A DNA stretch of 33,498 bases from Methanoregula sp. (GTDB lineage: Archaea > Halobacteriota > Methanomicrobia > Methanomicrobiales > Methanospirillaceae): the NCBI GenBank assembly GCA_028711405.1, contig JAQTSH010000001.1:1-33498 (forward strand). Direction: 5' to 3'. The first letter of the stretch is position 1. Every line of letters begins with the position of its first letter. This document shows, piece by piece, positions 1 to 8,234 of the stretch. The notes beneath the pieces are model-generated. The model saw nothing but the letters and a program-made list of their open reading frames with translations, was not told where the DNA came from and searched no databases. The translations under genes and the position numbers were made by a program.

Positions 1-869
1 TCTGCCTCGATCTTCTCGAGGTTTGCGATCCGCTTCTCGAGCGCCGGGTGGGTGGAGAAGAGTTCCAGAAACGTGTTGCCCGACAGCGCCGGGATGATGA
101 AGAAGGCATTTGCCCCCTCGACTTTCGCTTTTGCCTCCGGTGGAACAACCGTCATCCTGCCGCTGATCTTGTTCAGTGCCGACATCAACGCCCGTGGGTT
201 CCGGGTGAGATAGGCACTACCCCGGTCTGCGGCAAACTCACGGTAACGGGAAAGTGCCATCATGAGCAGGTTCGCCACGAACCAGACCACTGCCGCAACA
301 ATCCCGGCAATGATCCATGCCCCGGCACCCTCGCCATCGCGCCTGCCGAAGATCGCACCCCACAGGAAACTCTGCATGATGATCGAGGCAATCATCGCGA
401 TGAAACTCGCGACCGTCATCGTCAGGATGTCCCGGTTCTTCACATGCGCAAGCTCGTGTGCGAGCACCGCTTCCAGTTCGTCCCGGTTTAAGAGGCGCAT
501 GATCGAATCCGTGCACGCGACCACCGCATGCTTCGGGCTCCGTCCCGTGGCAAACGCATTGGGTACCGGACTCTGCATAATGGCAACACGGGGTTTGGGG
601 ATCCCTGCTTCCGTGGCAAGTCTCTCCACCATCCGGTGCAGCTCGGGATATTCATCGTCTGCGATGACCCGCGAGCCGGTTGTCCAGAGCACCAGTCTGT
701 CCGAGAAGAAGTACTGGATGAATGCCATGCCAAATGCGATGACAAAGAGGAACATTGTCGGTATGCCGATCGCCCAAAGTATTGCGATAAACACGATATA
801 GACGACGAATAACAGAAACATCGTCAGCCATACTCTGCTGGTCAAACCCCAGTCACGTTTCCATTCCAT
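1..869 (-). CDS. htpX: Zinc metalloprotease HtpX (M48), 3' end runs off the window
   Basis: Translated by hand from ATG at 869: MEWKRDWGLTSRVWLTMFLL...PNAFATGR...VLAHELAHVKNRD (HExxH)...SRYREFAADRG...FSTHPALEKRI. Absent from the ORF track because it has no stop in the window. Confidence 0.95.
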   Translation of the reverse strand, partial: MEWKRDWGLTSRVWLTMFLLFVVYIVFIAILWAIGIPTMFLFVIAFGMAFIQYFFSDRLVLWTTGSRVIADDEYPELHRMVERLATEAGIPKPRVAIMQSPVPNAFATGRSPKHAVVACTDSIMRLLNRDELEAVLAHELAHVKNRDILTMTVASFIAMIASIIMQSFLWGAIFGRRDGEGAGAWIIAGIVAAVVWFVANLLMMALSRYREFAADRGSAYLTRNPRALMSALNKISGRMTVVPPEAKAKVEGANAFFIIPALSGNTFLELFSTHPALEKRIANLEKIEA

Positions 870-1158
870 AATTACAACAGTTTCGACTCGGACGCTCTTA
901 AAACATTCGAACTGCCCAAAAAACGAGAGGGATAGTGCGTCGATTCAAAGCCGGAGGGCATCGCCGCGAAACACGGCAGGCTGCTTTTCGCAAACACCTG
1001 GGCAGCTGACAGGATGCCTGACCGGACAATAGACAAGACCCCGACCGGATACCCGGTATGGCGTGTGACAGGAACCGCCAGTTCAGGGATTTCGCGAAAC
1101 GATACCGGCAGAAACATAAAAGGGAAACCTTATTTTTCCTGACGGCAGACGGGTACAT

Positions 1159-1809
1159 ATGACACAAGTCGATTCCGAAGCGCTGGCGGACGTAGCATAC
1201 GGCATCTTCGAGCATCTCCTGAACCGGGAGTTGCTCCTGCAGGGCAAGTACCTCTACGCGCTCGTCGAAGGCGGTATCGACTTTCTGGCAGACCTTACTG
1301 CAATCTTTGACAAGTTCTCGCAGGAATACCCGCAACTGGCAGAAGCGATGCTCGGACGTCTGGGGAGTCTTGACGCTATCTACGCCATGATTGCCGCCGG
1401 GGAGAGCGTGACCCCCTCAAAGACCACGCAGACGTACTGGATCGTGCAGGATGCACCGGGCAGTGCACCGGAAGCGATCGAGGATGAAGCTGTCGGCAAG
1501 TGGTTGATCTTCCAGGAACCGGACCAGATCGATGCCCTCTGGATCAAGGTCCGGGATGCCACGGTCGCACTCACGCTCGGGATCTCGGCAAAAGTCTCGA
1601 CGGCAAAACCCAACCCGGCGTCGCGGGACAGCCGGAAAGTGATCTACGTCTATACGAAAGACTGGGCAGACGAACCGGATGTCATGCGGGTACGGGAACG
1701 GCTGCGGGAACTGGGGTTCGTGGACCGGATCGGGTACAAGCGCAACATCGAGACCTTTGCCGGTGAATACGCAAAGAAAGGCAAACGTGTCACGTACTAC
1801 TCGGCATAA
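1159..1809 (+). CDS. DUF1917-family (eIF4E-like fold) protein with an N-terminal helical extension
   Basis: C-terminal motifs GKWLIF...LW.KV...SAKVST...VIYVYTKDW.DEPDVMRVRERLRELG...IGYK...T..GEY are typical of this family. Confidence 0.8.
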   Translation: MTQVDSEALADVAYGIFEHLLNRELLLQGKYLYALVEGGIDFLADLTAIFDKFSQEYPQLAEAMLGRLGSLDAIYAMIAAGESVTPSKTTQTYWIVQDAPGSAPEAIEDEAVGKWLIFQEPDQIDALWIKVRDATVALTLGISAKVSTAKPNPASRDSRKVIYVYTKDWADEPDVMRVRERLRELGFVDRIGYKRNIETFAGEYAKKGKRVTYYSA

Positions 1810-1933
1810 CCGGACCTGCGCCGGCACTGCCTGAATAAAACCCTGTAACCCTTTTGTGTCTGACCGGCACTGCAGGATCTCCTGCGGGTGCGGTAAACCC
1901 GTAAAAAAAGTATTGAGTATGCAAAAATAAGGC

Positions 1934-2080
1934 TTACGCCTTCCGCTCCTTGTTCTTGGGGCGCAGATTCGTGTAGCCGCACTTGCGGCAGGTGGTTGCA
2001 CGAATCGCATTGCGGGCGTTGCAATGCATACATATTTTCACGTTGAGTAAACGGGCTTCGGCTTCTGGAAACTTTACCAT
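1934..2080 (-). CDS. rpl40e: 50S ribosomal protein L40e
   Basis: 48 aa translated by hand: [48 protein letters not shown] (two CxxC). Below the ORF-track cutoff. GGAG lies upstream. Confidence 0.97.
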   Translation of the reverse strand: MVKFPEAEARLLNVKICMHCNARNAIRATTCRKCGYTNLRPKNKERKA

Positions 2081-2234
2081 GATTGAACTCTCCTGTCTGC
2101 CCTTATAACAAAGCTTTTGGCACTCTTAACAGTTTCGCGTGCCCGGGAGACGGTTGCAACCTGTATCCCGATCCCGGCTCCACTCCCCCCGCGACAGTGT
2201 GAATCCGGGCGCGTGAATGTGGGTGAACCCGACG

Positions 2235-2786
2235 TCAGCTCGTTTTTTTGTGAACGAACCAGTCCCGGAACGCGGCAAGTGCGAGCGCCCGGTGGGACGT
2301 ACGGCTCTTCTCCTCAAGCGGGTACTCGGCGAGCGTCCGCCCACCCACCTCAAAGATCGGGTCATACCCGAACCCCCCGGTACCCCGGGGGACCGGAATG
2401 ATCTGCCCGTGCAGGGTACCGGGAAATACCCGGATACCTGTCTTGTCAGCATATGCAATCGCCGTCGTGAAATGAGCGTTACGGTTCGTGACCCCGTCCA
2501 TCAGTTTCAGGATACCGGCGTTCCCGATCGCCGCCAGCACGTATGCGGCATAGGGACCGGGAAATCCGTTCAGCGCGTCGATGCAGAATGCGGTATCATC
2601 GACAATGAGCGGTGTCGACAGGTGCGCGTAGGCATACTGTGCCTTCTCACGGGCGATCTCGGTGACATCATCGGAACGGTATTCGGGGATCTCGAGCGCG
2701 ACATGTACCACCTCGATCTCATTGCCAAAGAATGCGGCGACCTCAACGGCTTTATGCGCGTTTCCAGTCACGACGGTGAGCTTCAC
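2235..2786 (-). CDS. rdgB: Non-canonical purine NTP pyrophosphatase (RdgB/HAM1, ITPase)
   Basis: VTGNAHK, DDT..IDALNGFPGPY, GFGYDPIF and SHR motifs; GTGA overlap with the kae1-bud32 stop. Confidence 0.95.
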   Translation of the reverse strand: MKLTVVTGNAHKAVEVAAFFGNEIEVVHVALEIPEYRSDDVTEIAREKAQYAYAHLSTPLIVDDTAFCIDALNGFPGPYAAYVLAAIGNAGILKLMDGVTNRNAHFTTAIAYADKTGIRVFPGTLHGQIIPVPRGTGGFGYDPIFEVGGRTLAEYPLEEKSRTSHRALALAAFRDWFVHKKTS

Positions 2787-4363
2787 AGGTAACGCCCCCG
2801 GAGTTCGATCTCGTGCTCCCGTGCGACCACGTCACTGGCTCCGGTAAATGTTTCAGCATAGCCCTCCACAAACGCGGCTTTGAGGGCTTCTGCCGTTGCC
2901 GGATTCGTGCTCTCCAGCGTCTGGAAGAGGACATGGACATCCACGCCCCGCTGCTCGATCTCGGTCGTCACCTGGCTCAGCCCGAAGTCGATCAGGACGC
3001 ACTTCCCGTCCTTTTCGCGCAGGATCATGTTGCTGGTCGTCAGGTCCCCGTGCATGATGCCAGCTGTATGAAGCCTGCCCACCACAGATCCCGCTTCCCG
3101 GAGGTGTGATTCGGTGATCGCATCGGTGAGGAGGGTACCCTGCACCTGCTCCATGACGATGGTGTCATGCGTGATCTCGCTCATGATGGGCGTCGGCACG
3201 CCGGCTTTACGCGCCATCAGGATCAACCGAGCCTCTGCGCGGGTCCGTTCGGTGATCAACCGCTCATCCAGCGCCGGCACCCGGTACCGTTTGGACACCC
3301 GGCGCTTCGCGGCGCTGCCATCCCGGAACGTGATCACTGCCTCTGCACCCCGTTTCGTGCCTGAATCGTTTCTGATGAGGGTCTTTTTCGGGGTAGCGTC
3401 CTTTTTCCACGTCACTTCCACCTCATCCGACCGGAACGAGGGGTTGATCCGCGAGGCATCGATCGGGAGCGACTGCCCGCTTTCGAGCATCAGTTTTCCG
3501 GTATACGCGATCATCGCGCCGTTGTCGCCAAGATATTTCCGGTCGGGCACAAAGAACCGGGCCCCCCGGTCCTCGCACATCCGGTTGAGCATCTCCTGCA
3601 ACCGGGCATTCGCTCCGACCCCGCCAACAAGGAGCACCTCGTCCTTGCCGGTCAGCGAGAGCGCCCGTTCGGTCACTTCAACGCACATCGCAAATGCTGT
3701 CTCCTGGAGACTGCAACAGACATCCGCGAGCGGGCGCTTCGCATCTTTCGCCGCAGAGACGAGCCCCGAAAATGCAAGATCCATGCCTTTGACCGTGTAC
3801 GGCAGTTCAAAATAGGTGCCCGTTCGTGCTTCCCGCTCGATGAGCGGACCGCCCGGGTGGGGGAGATCCTTTGCCCGTGCGAACTTGTCAAGGGCGTTGC
3901 CGATCCCGATATCCAGCGTCTCTCCGAAGATCCGGTACCGGCTGTTCAGGTACCCGATCACCTGCGTATTCGCACCGCTCGCGTACAGCACGATCGGGTC
4001 CCGGCATCCTGTCGCCCAGCACCCGATCTCGACATGGGCGACGCAATGGTTTACGCCGATCAGTGGCACGTCCAGCGCGAGCGCTAATGACCGTGCGGCA
4101 GTTGCGACCGTTCTGAGGCACGGACCAAGCCCCGGACCCTGCGAGAACGCGATACCCGTGACTGCACCCGGATCTGAAAGTACGGTCGAGATGAGTTCCT
4201 TTACTACCGACGCATGGTGCTGGGCTGCCTCACGCGGGTGAATCCCCCCATGCGCCGGGGAGTACGGTCGGGAAGCGAGCGCAACAAGATCGTGATCAAA
4301 AAGAGCGGCACTGAGGTTCCATGCGGTTCCCTCAATACCGAGTATCTGCCCAAAAACAGGCAT
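2783..4363 (-). CDS. kae1: Bifunctional Kae1 (t6A synthase) / Bud32 kinase fusion
   Basis: LGIEGTAW, GGIHPREAA, GPGLGPCL, NHCVAH and DNGAMIA (Kae1), followed by GAEA, HGDLTTSN and IDFGL (Bud32). Confidence 0.97.
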   Translation of the reverse strand: MPVFGQILGIEGTAWNLSAALFDHDLVALASRPYSPAHGGIHPREAAQHHASVVKELISTVLSDPGAVTGIAFSQGPGLGPCLRTVATAARSLALALDVPLIGVNHCVAHVEIGCWATGCRDPIVLYASGANTQVIGYLNSRYRIFGETLDIGIGNALDKFARAKDLPHPGGPLIEREARTGTYFELPYTVKGMDLAFSGLVSAAKDAKRPLADVCCSLQETAFAMCVEVTERALSLTGKDEVLLVGGVGANARLQEMLNRMCEDRGARFFVPDRKYLGDNGAMIAYTGKLMLESGQSLPIDASRINPSFRSDEVEVTWKKDATPKKTLIRNDSGTKRGAEAVITFRDGSAAKRRVSKRYRVPALDERLITERTRAEARLILMARKAGVPTPIMSEITHDTIVMEQVQGTLLTDAITESHLREAGSVVGRLHTAGIMHGDLTTSNMILREKDGKCVLIDFGLSQVTTEIEQRGVDVHVLFQTLESTNPATAEALKAAFVEGYAETFTGASDVVAREHEIELRGRYL

Positions 4364-4369
4364 CAGACC

Positions 4370-4552
4370 TTATTTTTTGAATTCTGTATATCCGCACTTG
4401 CCGCACGAGACCCGGTCCTTGTGATCCGCCATCATCACACCAGGTCCGCAGCGGGGGCAGTACTTCTTCGTGGTCGTAACCTTGTTACCCTCAACCTTGA
4501 AGAACTTCCCTCGCGGGACTCCCTTTGCTGCTGCCTTCTTTGCCGCTGCCAT
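4370..4552 (-). CDS. rps27ae: 30S ribosomal protein S27ae
   Basis: [24 protein letters not shown] zinc ribbon. Confidence 0.97.
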   Translation of the reverse strand: MAAAKKAAAKGVPRGKFFKVEGNKVTTTKKYCPRCGPGVMMADHKDRVSCGKCGYTEFKK

Positions 4553-4554
4553 GC

Positions 4555-4854
4555 TTACGCCGCCCCTTCTTCTTTGGGTTTGGGCATGCCACGGGCGGAA
4601 AGGTACGGGCGCTCGGTCGTCTTCTTGCCGTCTTCCGTGTCGTAGATTCGCGCTGTTCCTGTGACCTGGGTCATGCCGAAGCTGCTGTGCAGGGAATCAA
4701 GTACGACCAGGGATTCTTTTACATTGAGCAGTGCGCACAATTTTCCTGTGATCTGCATGCGGGAGGGTGTCGCACCTTCATATTTGAGAGTGAACTCTAC
4801 CTCTCTTCTGGATAAAAGCTCATTTCTTTTATCGCTTTCGATTGTTACGTCCAT
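4555..4854 (-). CDS. rps24e: 30S ribosomal protein S24e
   Basis: [20 protein letters not shown]...GATPSR...G.ARIYD. Start moved to ATG at 4854, about 30 nt downstream of a TATA-like box. Confidence 0.95.
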   Translation of the reverse strand: MDVTIESDKRNELLSRREVEFTLKYEGATPSRMQITGKLCALLNVKESLVVLDSLHSSFGMTQVTGTARIYDTEDGKKTTERPYLSARGMPKPKEEGAA

Positions 4855-4882
4855 CGATATCCTGTAATTATTGGGAACCGTG

Positions 4883-4892
4883 TTATTTAAAA
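4883..4892 (-). promoter_or_regulatory. Putative TATA box of an internal promoter for rps24e-rps27ae-kae1-rdgB
   Basis: TTTTAAATAA on the minus strand about 30 nt upstream of the rps24e ATG, in a 110 bp gap. Confidence 0.55.
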
Positions 4893-4966
4893 CATGACCT
4901 GTGGCGAAATGCCGCTGGCAATCGCCGGAAAAACAGATGTGCCCGGGTCCGGGCACGGTGCCGGGT

Positions 4967-5458
4967 TTACGAATTGACCCGGATAAAATGGCTCATGAGC
5001 CGCTCAGCGTCGGTTTTTGCGGCAGCGTCAACTGTACGGAGCACGACCCCTTTGTGCGGTTGCCCGTAGAGTACCACAGCGCCTTCCGGCGCAGCGATGA
5101 CAAGCGGAATAACCGCAAGATCCTCTTCTCCGTCAACAATGATCGTGACGGGCGTATGGGTGATGGCATGCCTGAGTGCCCAGATGAGGTCGTCCGTGAT
5201 GGTCCCCGGGGGGTTCTCGACCCGCAGGCATTCACCGGTCATTTCGGGCAACCTGCTGCACGGGACCCGCATTGTCTGCCCGTCAACCACGGCAATTGCC
5301 GGGGTGATCCCCCGCTTCTGCAGGTTGTGGGTCACCACATCCCCCACGGCATATACCACCCGGTCCGTGAGCAGGGGGACGACCATCTCCATCGTCTGGT
5401 ACAGTTCCCCGAACGGATCCTTGAAGAGCTTCCGGTGCTCTTCGGGCAGCACGAACAT
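4967..5458 (-). CDS. GTP-dependent dephospho-CoA kinase (DUF359 family)
   Basis: K.PFG, AVGDVVT, VDGQT.R, V.NPPGTIT, V.GEEDLAV.P and LYGQP..G motifs; conserved position after spt4. Confidence 0.92.
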   Translation of the reverse strand: MFVLPEEHRKLFKDPFGELYQTMEMVVPLLTDRVVYAVGDVVTHNLQKRGITPAIAVVDGQTMRVPCSRLPEMTGECLRVENPPGTITDDLIWALRHAITHTPVTIIVDGEEDLAVIPLVIAAPEGAVVLYGQPHKGVVLRTVDAAAKTDAERLMSHFIRVNS

Positions 5459-5665
5459 TTAGCGGACCTTCAGCGCATAGCGTCCCGGTAACTTGAGGTT
5501 CATCCTTTTTGCGATATCGGAATTTGCCGGATCGATGATGACAAGATACCCGGACCAGTCCTCGCTTAAGTTCGCAGTTCCGCAGATCACACAGCTCTCG
5601 CCTTCAACCACACGGTGGCATTCGCGGCAGACCTTGCCCTGCTTCTTCTTATTCGTCGGCGGCAT
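5459..5665 (-). CDS. spt4: Transcription elongation factor Spt4 (RpoE'')
   Basis: CRECH...CVICG...LSEDWSG...IIDP..S.IAK...PGRYALKVR. Start ATG at 5665 overlaps the rpoE1 3' end by 17 nt. Confidence 0.95.
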   Translation of the reverse strand: MPPTNKKKQGKVCRECHRVVEGESCVICGTANLSEDWSGYLVIIDPANSDIAKRMNLKLPGRYALKVR

Positions 5666-6287
5666 GCTCCTTCCTCTTCGTCTTCTTCGTCTCCGGTGCC
5701 TTCTCCTTTGCTGCATCCGGGTTCGCTGCCCGCTCCAGTTCCTTTGCGATCTCTTCCTCCAGCCAGAGGGCAGTGCCGAGTCCTGCCTGCCGCATGGTGA
5801 GCCCGATCTTGCTGTCCCGGGGTTCACGCTCGTTTAACGAGAGCGTCACGACCCGGACGCGGACGGTGTCGCCCACGCCGATGAACCGTTTCGAGTCCTG
5901 GCAGATGAGCCGGGAGTTCTTCTCGTCAAAGTTGATGTACTCGTCCGAGATCTGGCTCACGTGGAGCATCGCGTCGATCGGTCCGAGGCTGACAAACGCC
6001 CCGAAACTTGTCGTCTCGACAACGACGCCTTCGATCACTTCCTGCAGGGCGAGCCTGATCACCATCGCTTCGAACTTTACATTATAATAGACCCCGCCGT
6101 CCCCGGGCACGATCTCGCCTTCGCCGACATCCTGCACGCGTGTGACGCAGATGAAGATCCCCAGTTCCTTGTCGATACTTCCTTCGAGTTGCTCCTGCAG
6201 GACGTCGAGGATCACTTTCTCGATCTTCTCGCCCAACCGCTGGGGAGGCACCCGCACCTTGTCCTCGAGTAACATCTTGTAATACAT
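5649..6287 (-). CDS. rpoE1: DNA-directed RNA polymerase subunit E' (Rpo7)
   Basis: MYY...D.VRVPP, GEG.IVPGDG, S1 domain FGAFV.LGP.DA.LH.SQI.D and KIGLTMRQ.GLG. Confidence 0.97.
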   Translation of the reverse strand: MYYKMLLEDKVRVPPQRLGEKIEKVILDVLQEQLEGSIDKELGIFICVTRVQDVGEGEIVPGDGGVYYNVKFEAMVIRLALQEVIEGVVVETTSFGAFVSLGPIDAMLHVSQISDEYINFDEKNSRLICQDSKRFIGVGDTVRVRVVTLSLNEREPRDSKIGLTMRQAGLGTALWLEEEIAKELERAANPDAAKEKAPETKKTKRKEHAADE

Positions 6288-6295
6288 AACCCACC

Positions 6296-6679
6296 TTACT
6301 TCCGCACAATATCCAGTTTTTTCTGCTTTCTCATAACGATGACTCCAATGCCGTGTTCGAGCAGCCGATCCTTGACGAGCCGGTCGTTGGTCACCACGAG
6401 ACAGTTGTGCCGGACCGCATAGTCAATCAACTGTGCATCGACCGTGCCCGGCTCCACCTCATTGGCACCTGCGACTGTACACCGCTCTGCCAGCGAGAGC
6501 CCGTACCGCGCTGCCGCGCCATCCCGTCCTTTTGCCCGGCAGAGCCCGGTCAGTTCCTGGACCACGCCGGGGAGCACCACCGGTTCAAACCCCCCGACGA
6601 GTTCCTGCAGACCGCAAAAGAGATCCACTTTGAACTGCACCGGCATCATCAGCGCATTGGCATCGAGGAGTATTCTCAC
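6296..6679 (-). CDS. PIN-domain ribonuclease (Fcf1/Utp24-like)
   Basis: ILLDANALM..., V.QEL, VD..L and VVTND..V. GTG start at 6679 overlaps the aIF2-gamma TGA (GTGA). Confidence 0.88.
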   Translation of the reverse strand: MRILLDANALMMPVQFKVDLFCGLQELVGGFEPVVLPGVVQELTGLCRAKGRDGAAARYGLSLAERCTVAGANEVEPGTVDAQLIDYAVRHNCLVVTNDRLVKDRLLEHGIGVIVMRKQKKLDIVRK

Positions 6680-7911
6680 TCGCTGAGCACACCCATCCCG
6701 ATCAGGCGCCACCGTGCTCCCACCTGCCGGCTGATAGCGATCCGGGCACCCTGCTCTGCGCAGACCGGGCGCTTCAGTTGGATCTCCACTGCGTCCTTTT
6801 TGGTATTGGTGACAACTCCCACGGTGACTGCAGTGCCCACTGAGAGCATCAGCGGTTCGTTGAACTTGAGGGGTTCGATGACGAGTTCGCTTGTTGCACC
6901 CACCACACGCTCCATCAGGGTGACGTGACACCGGATCTTGTCCCAGACCGGGGGCAGGGTGCCGACATGCCCGACAACCTGACCGGCAAGCGCATCGCTC
7001 TTTGTCAGCGCCGGATCAAGTTTCGTCCCAATCCCCAAAAGTCCGCCCGGTGTCGCTTCGGTGACCTTTGATGACCCGGCATTGATGGATGTGATCTCGG
7101 TCGTGATTGGCTCCCAGCGGATCCGGTTCTCAACCTGCAACTGCCTGCCGGGACGGATCTCGATCTCGTCGCCTTCGCGGAGGATGCCCCGGATGAGAGA
7201 CCCTCCGACAACACCACCTTTCACTTCCTTCCAGTTGCACCCCGGTTTGTTGATGTCAAAGGACCTCGCAACAAGCATCATTGGTTCCGCTTTCGGATCC
7301 CGTTCCGGGATGGGAATCGTCTGGTCGAGCGCCTGGATAAGTGCCCCGACATTGATGCCTTTCTGTGCCGAGACCGGGATGATCGGTGCATTCTCGGCGA
7401 TGGTGCCCTTGACGAATGCCTTGATCTGCTGGAAATTGTCGATCGCCTCTTTCTGGGAGACGACATCGATCTTGTTCTGGACGATCACGATCTTTTTGAT
7501 CCCGACCAGACCCAGCGCCATCAGGTGCTCTTTTGTCTGGGGTTGCGGGCATCTCTCGGTTGTCGAGATGACAAGCATAGCCCCATCCATCAGGGCTGAA
7601 CCGGAGAGCATCGTCGCCATCAGGGTCTCATGCCCCGGTGCGTCCACGAATGAGATGGAACGGAACGGCGTTCCTATCCCGTCGCAATTCGGGCATTTCA
7701 GATTTGTCGAGTAGGCATCGGCATCTTTGCAGGCATCGCACCTGAAGAATGTCGCGTCTGCGTATCCTAACCGGATGGAGATGCCTCGTCTCACTTCCTC
7801 GCTGTGCCGGTCAGTCCATGTCCCGGTGAGCGCGTTTACGAGCGTGGTCTTTCCGTGGTCAACATGACCCACCACCCCGATATTGACACTGGGAATTGTC
7901 ACATCATGCAA
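6676..7911 (-). CDS. eif2g: Translation initiation factor aIF-2 subunit gamma
   Basis: GHVDHGKT, RGISIRLGY, CxxC...CxxC, DAPGHE, QNKID and RWRLIG. TTG start with GGAGG Shine-Dalgarno upstream. Confidence 0.98.
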   Translation of the reverse strand: MHDVTIPSVNIGVVGHVDHGKTTLVNALTGTWTDRHSEEVRRGISIRLGYADATFFRCDACKDADAYSTNLKCPNCDGIGTPFRSISFVDAPGHETLMATMLSGSALMDGAMLVISTTERCPQPQTKEHLMALGLVGIKKIVIVQNKIDVVSQKEAIDNFQQIKAFVKGTIAENAPIIPVSAQKGINVGALIQALDQTIPIPERDPKAEPMMLVARSFDINKPGCNWKEVKGGVVGGSLIRGILREGDEIEIRPGRQLQVENRIRWEPITTEITSINAGSSKVTEATPGGLLGIGTKLDPALTKSDALAGQVVGHVGTLPPVWDKIRCHVTLMERVVGATSELVIEPLKFNEPLMLSVGTAVTVGVVTNTKKDAVEIQLKRPVCAEQGARIAISRQVGARWRLIGMGVLSE

Positions 7912-8234
7912 ATGAAATCGAACCTCCTTTATTAACGTGGCAGGTTAAACCGCCTTGTTACCAATATGTTGAATGTATCCCGGGCAGGATACCGGAACCA
8001 TGCCAGACCCCGCCACTGCAATTGTATAGGTGATGATCATATTGAGCGCCAGATACATAAATACAATCGCGCAAATAAAGTGATAGCAACGTGCCGGAAA
8101 AAAAGGATTCCCTGCCGGCTTGCACCGGTGTGCTGTATCGCTTCCGGCGAAAACGGATTGGAAAGGAGAATGCCGGTTCTCCTCTTCATCATCGACAGCC
8201 TTCTCCCTTTTTTCCCCTCATCCTCCGGGAATGG

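Noticed and set aside
48-812. Plus-strand ORFs of 147, 179 and 94 aa
   Set aside because: Antisense shadows of htpX, which has clear motifs on the minus strand.
2783-4363. Kae1-Bud32 fusion as a novelty
   Set aside because: Well known in euryarchaea.
4855-6931. Long N-terminal extensions given by the ORF track for rps24e, spt4 and the PIN gene
   Set aside because: They run through promoter DNA or upstream genes; downstream starts match family lengths and stop-start overlaps.
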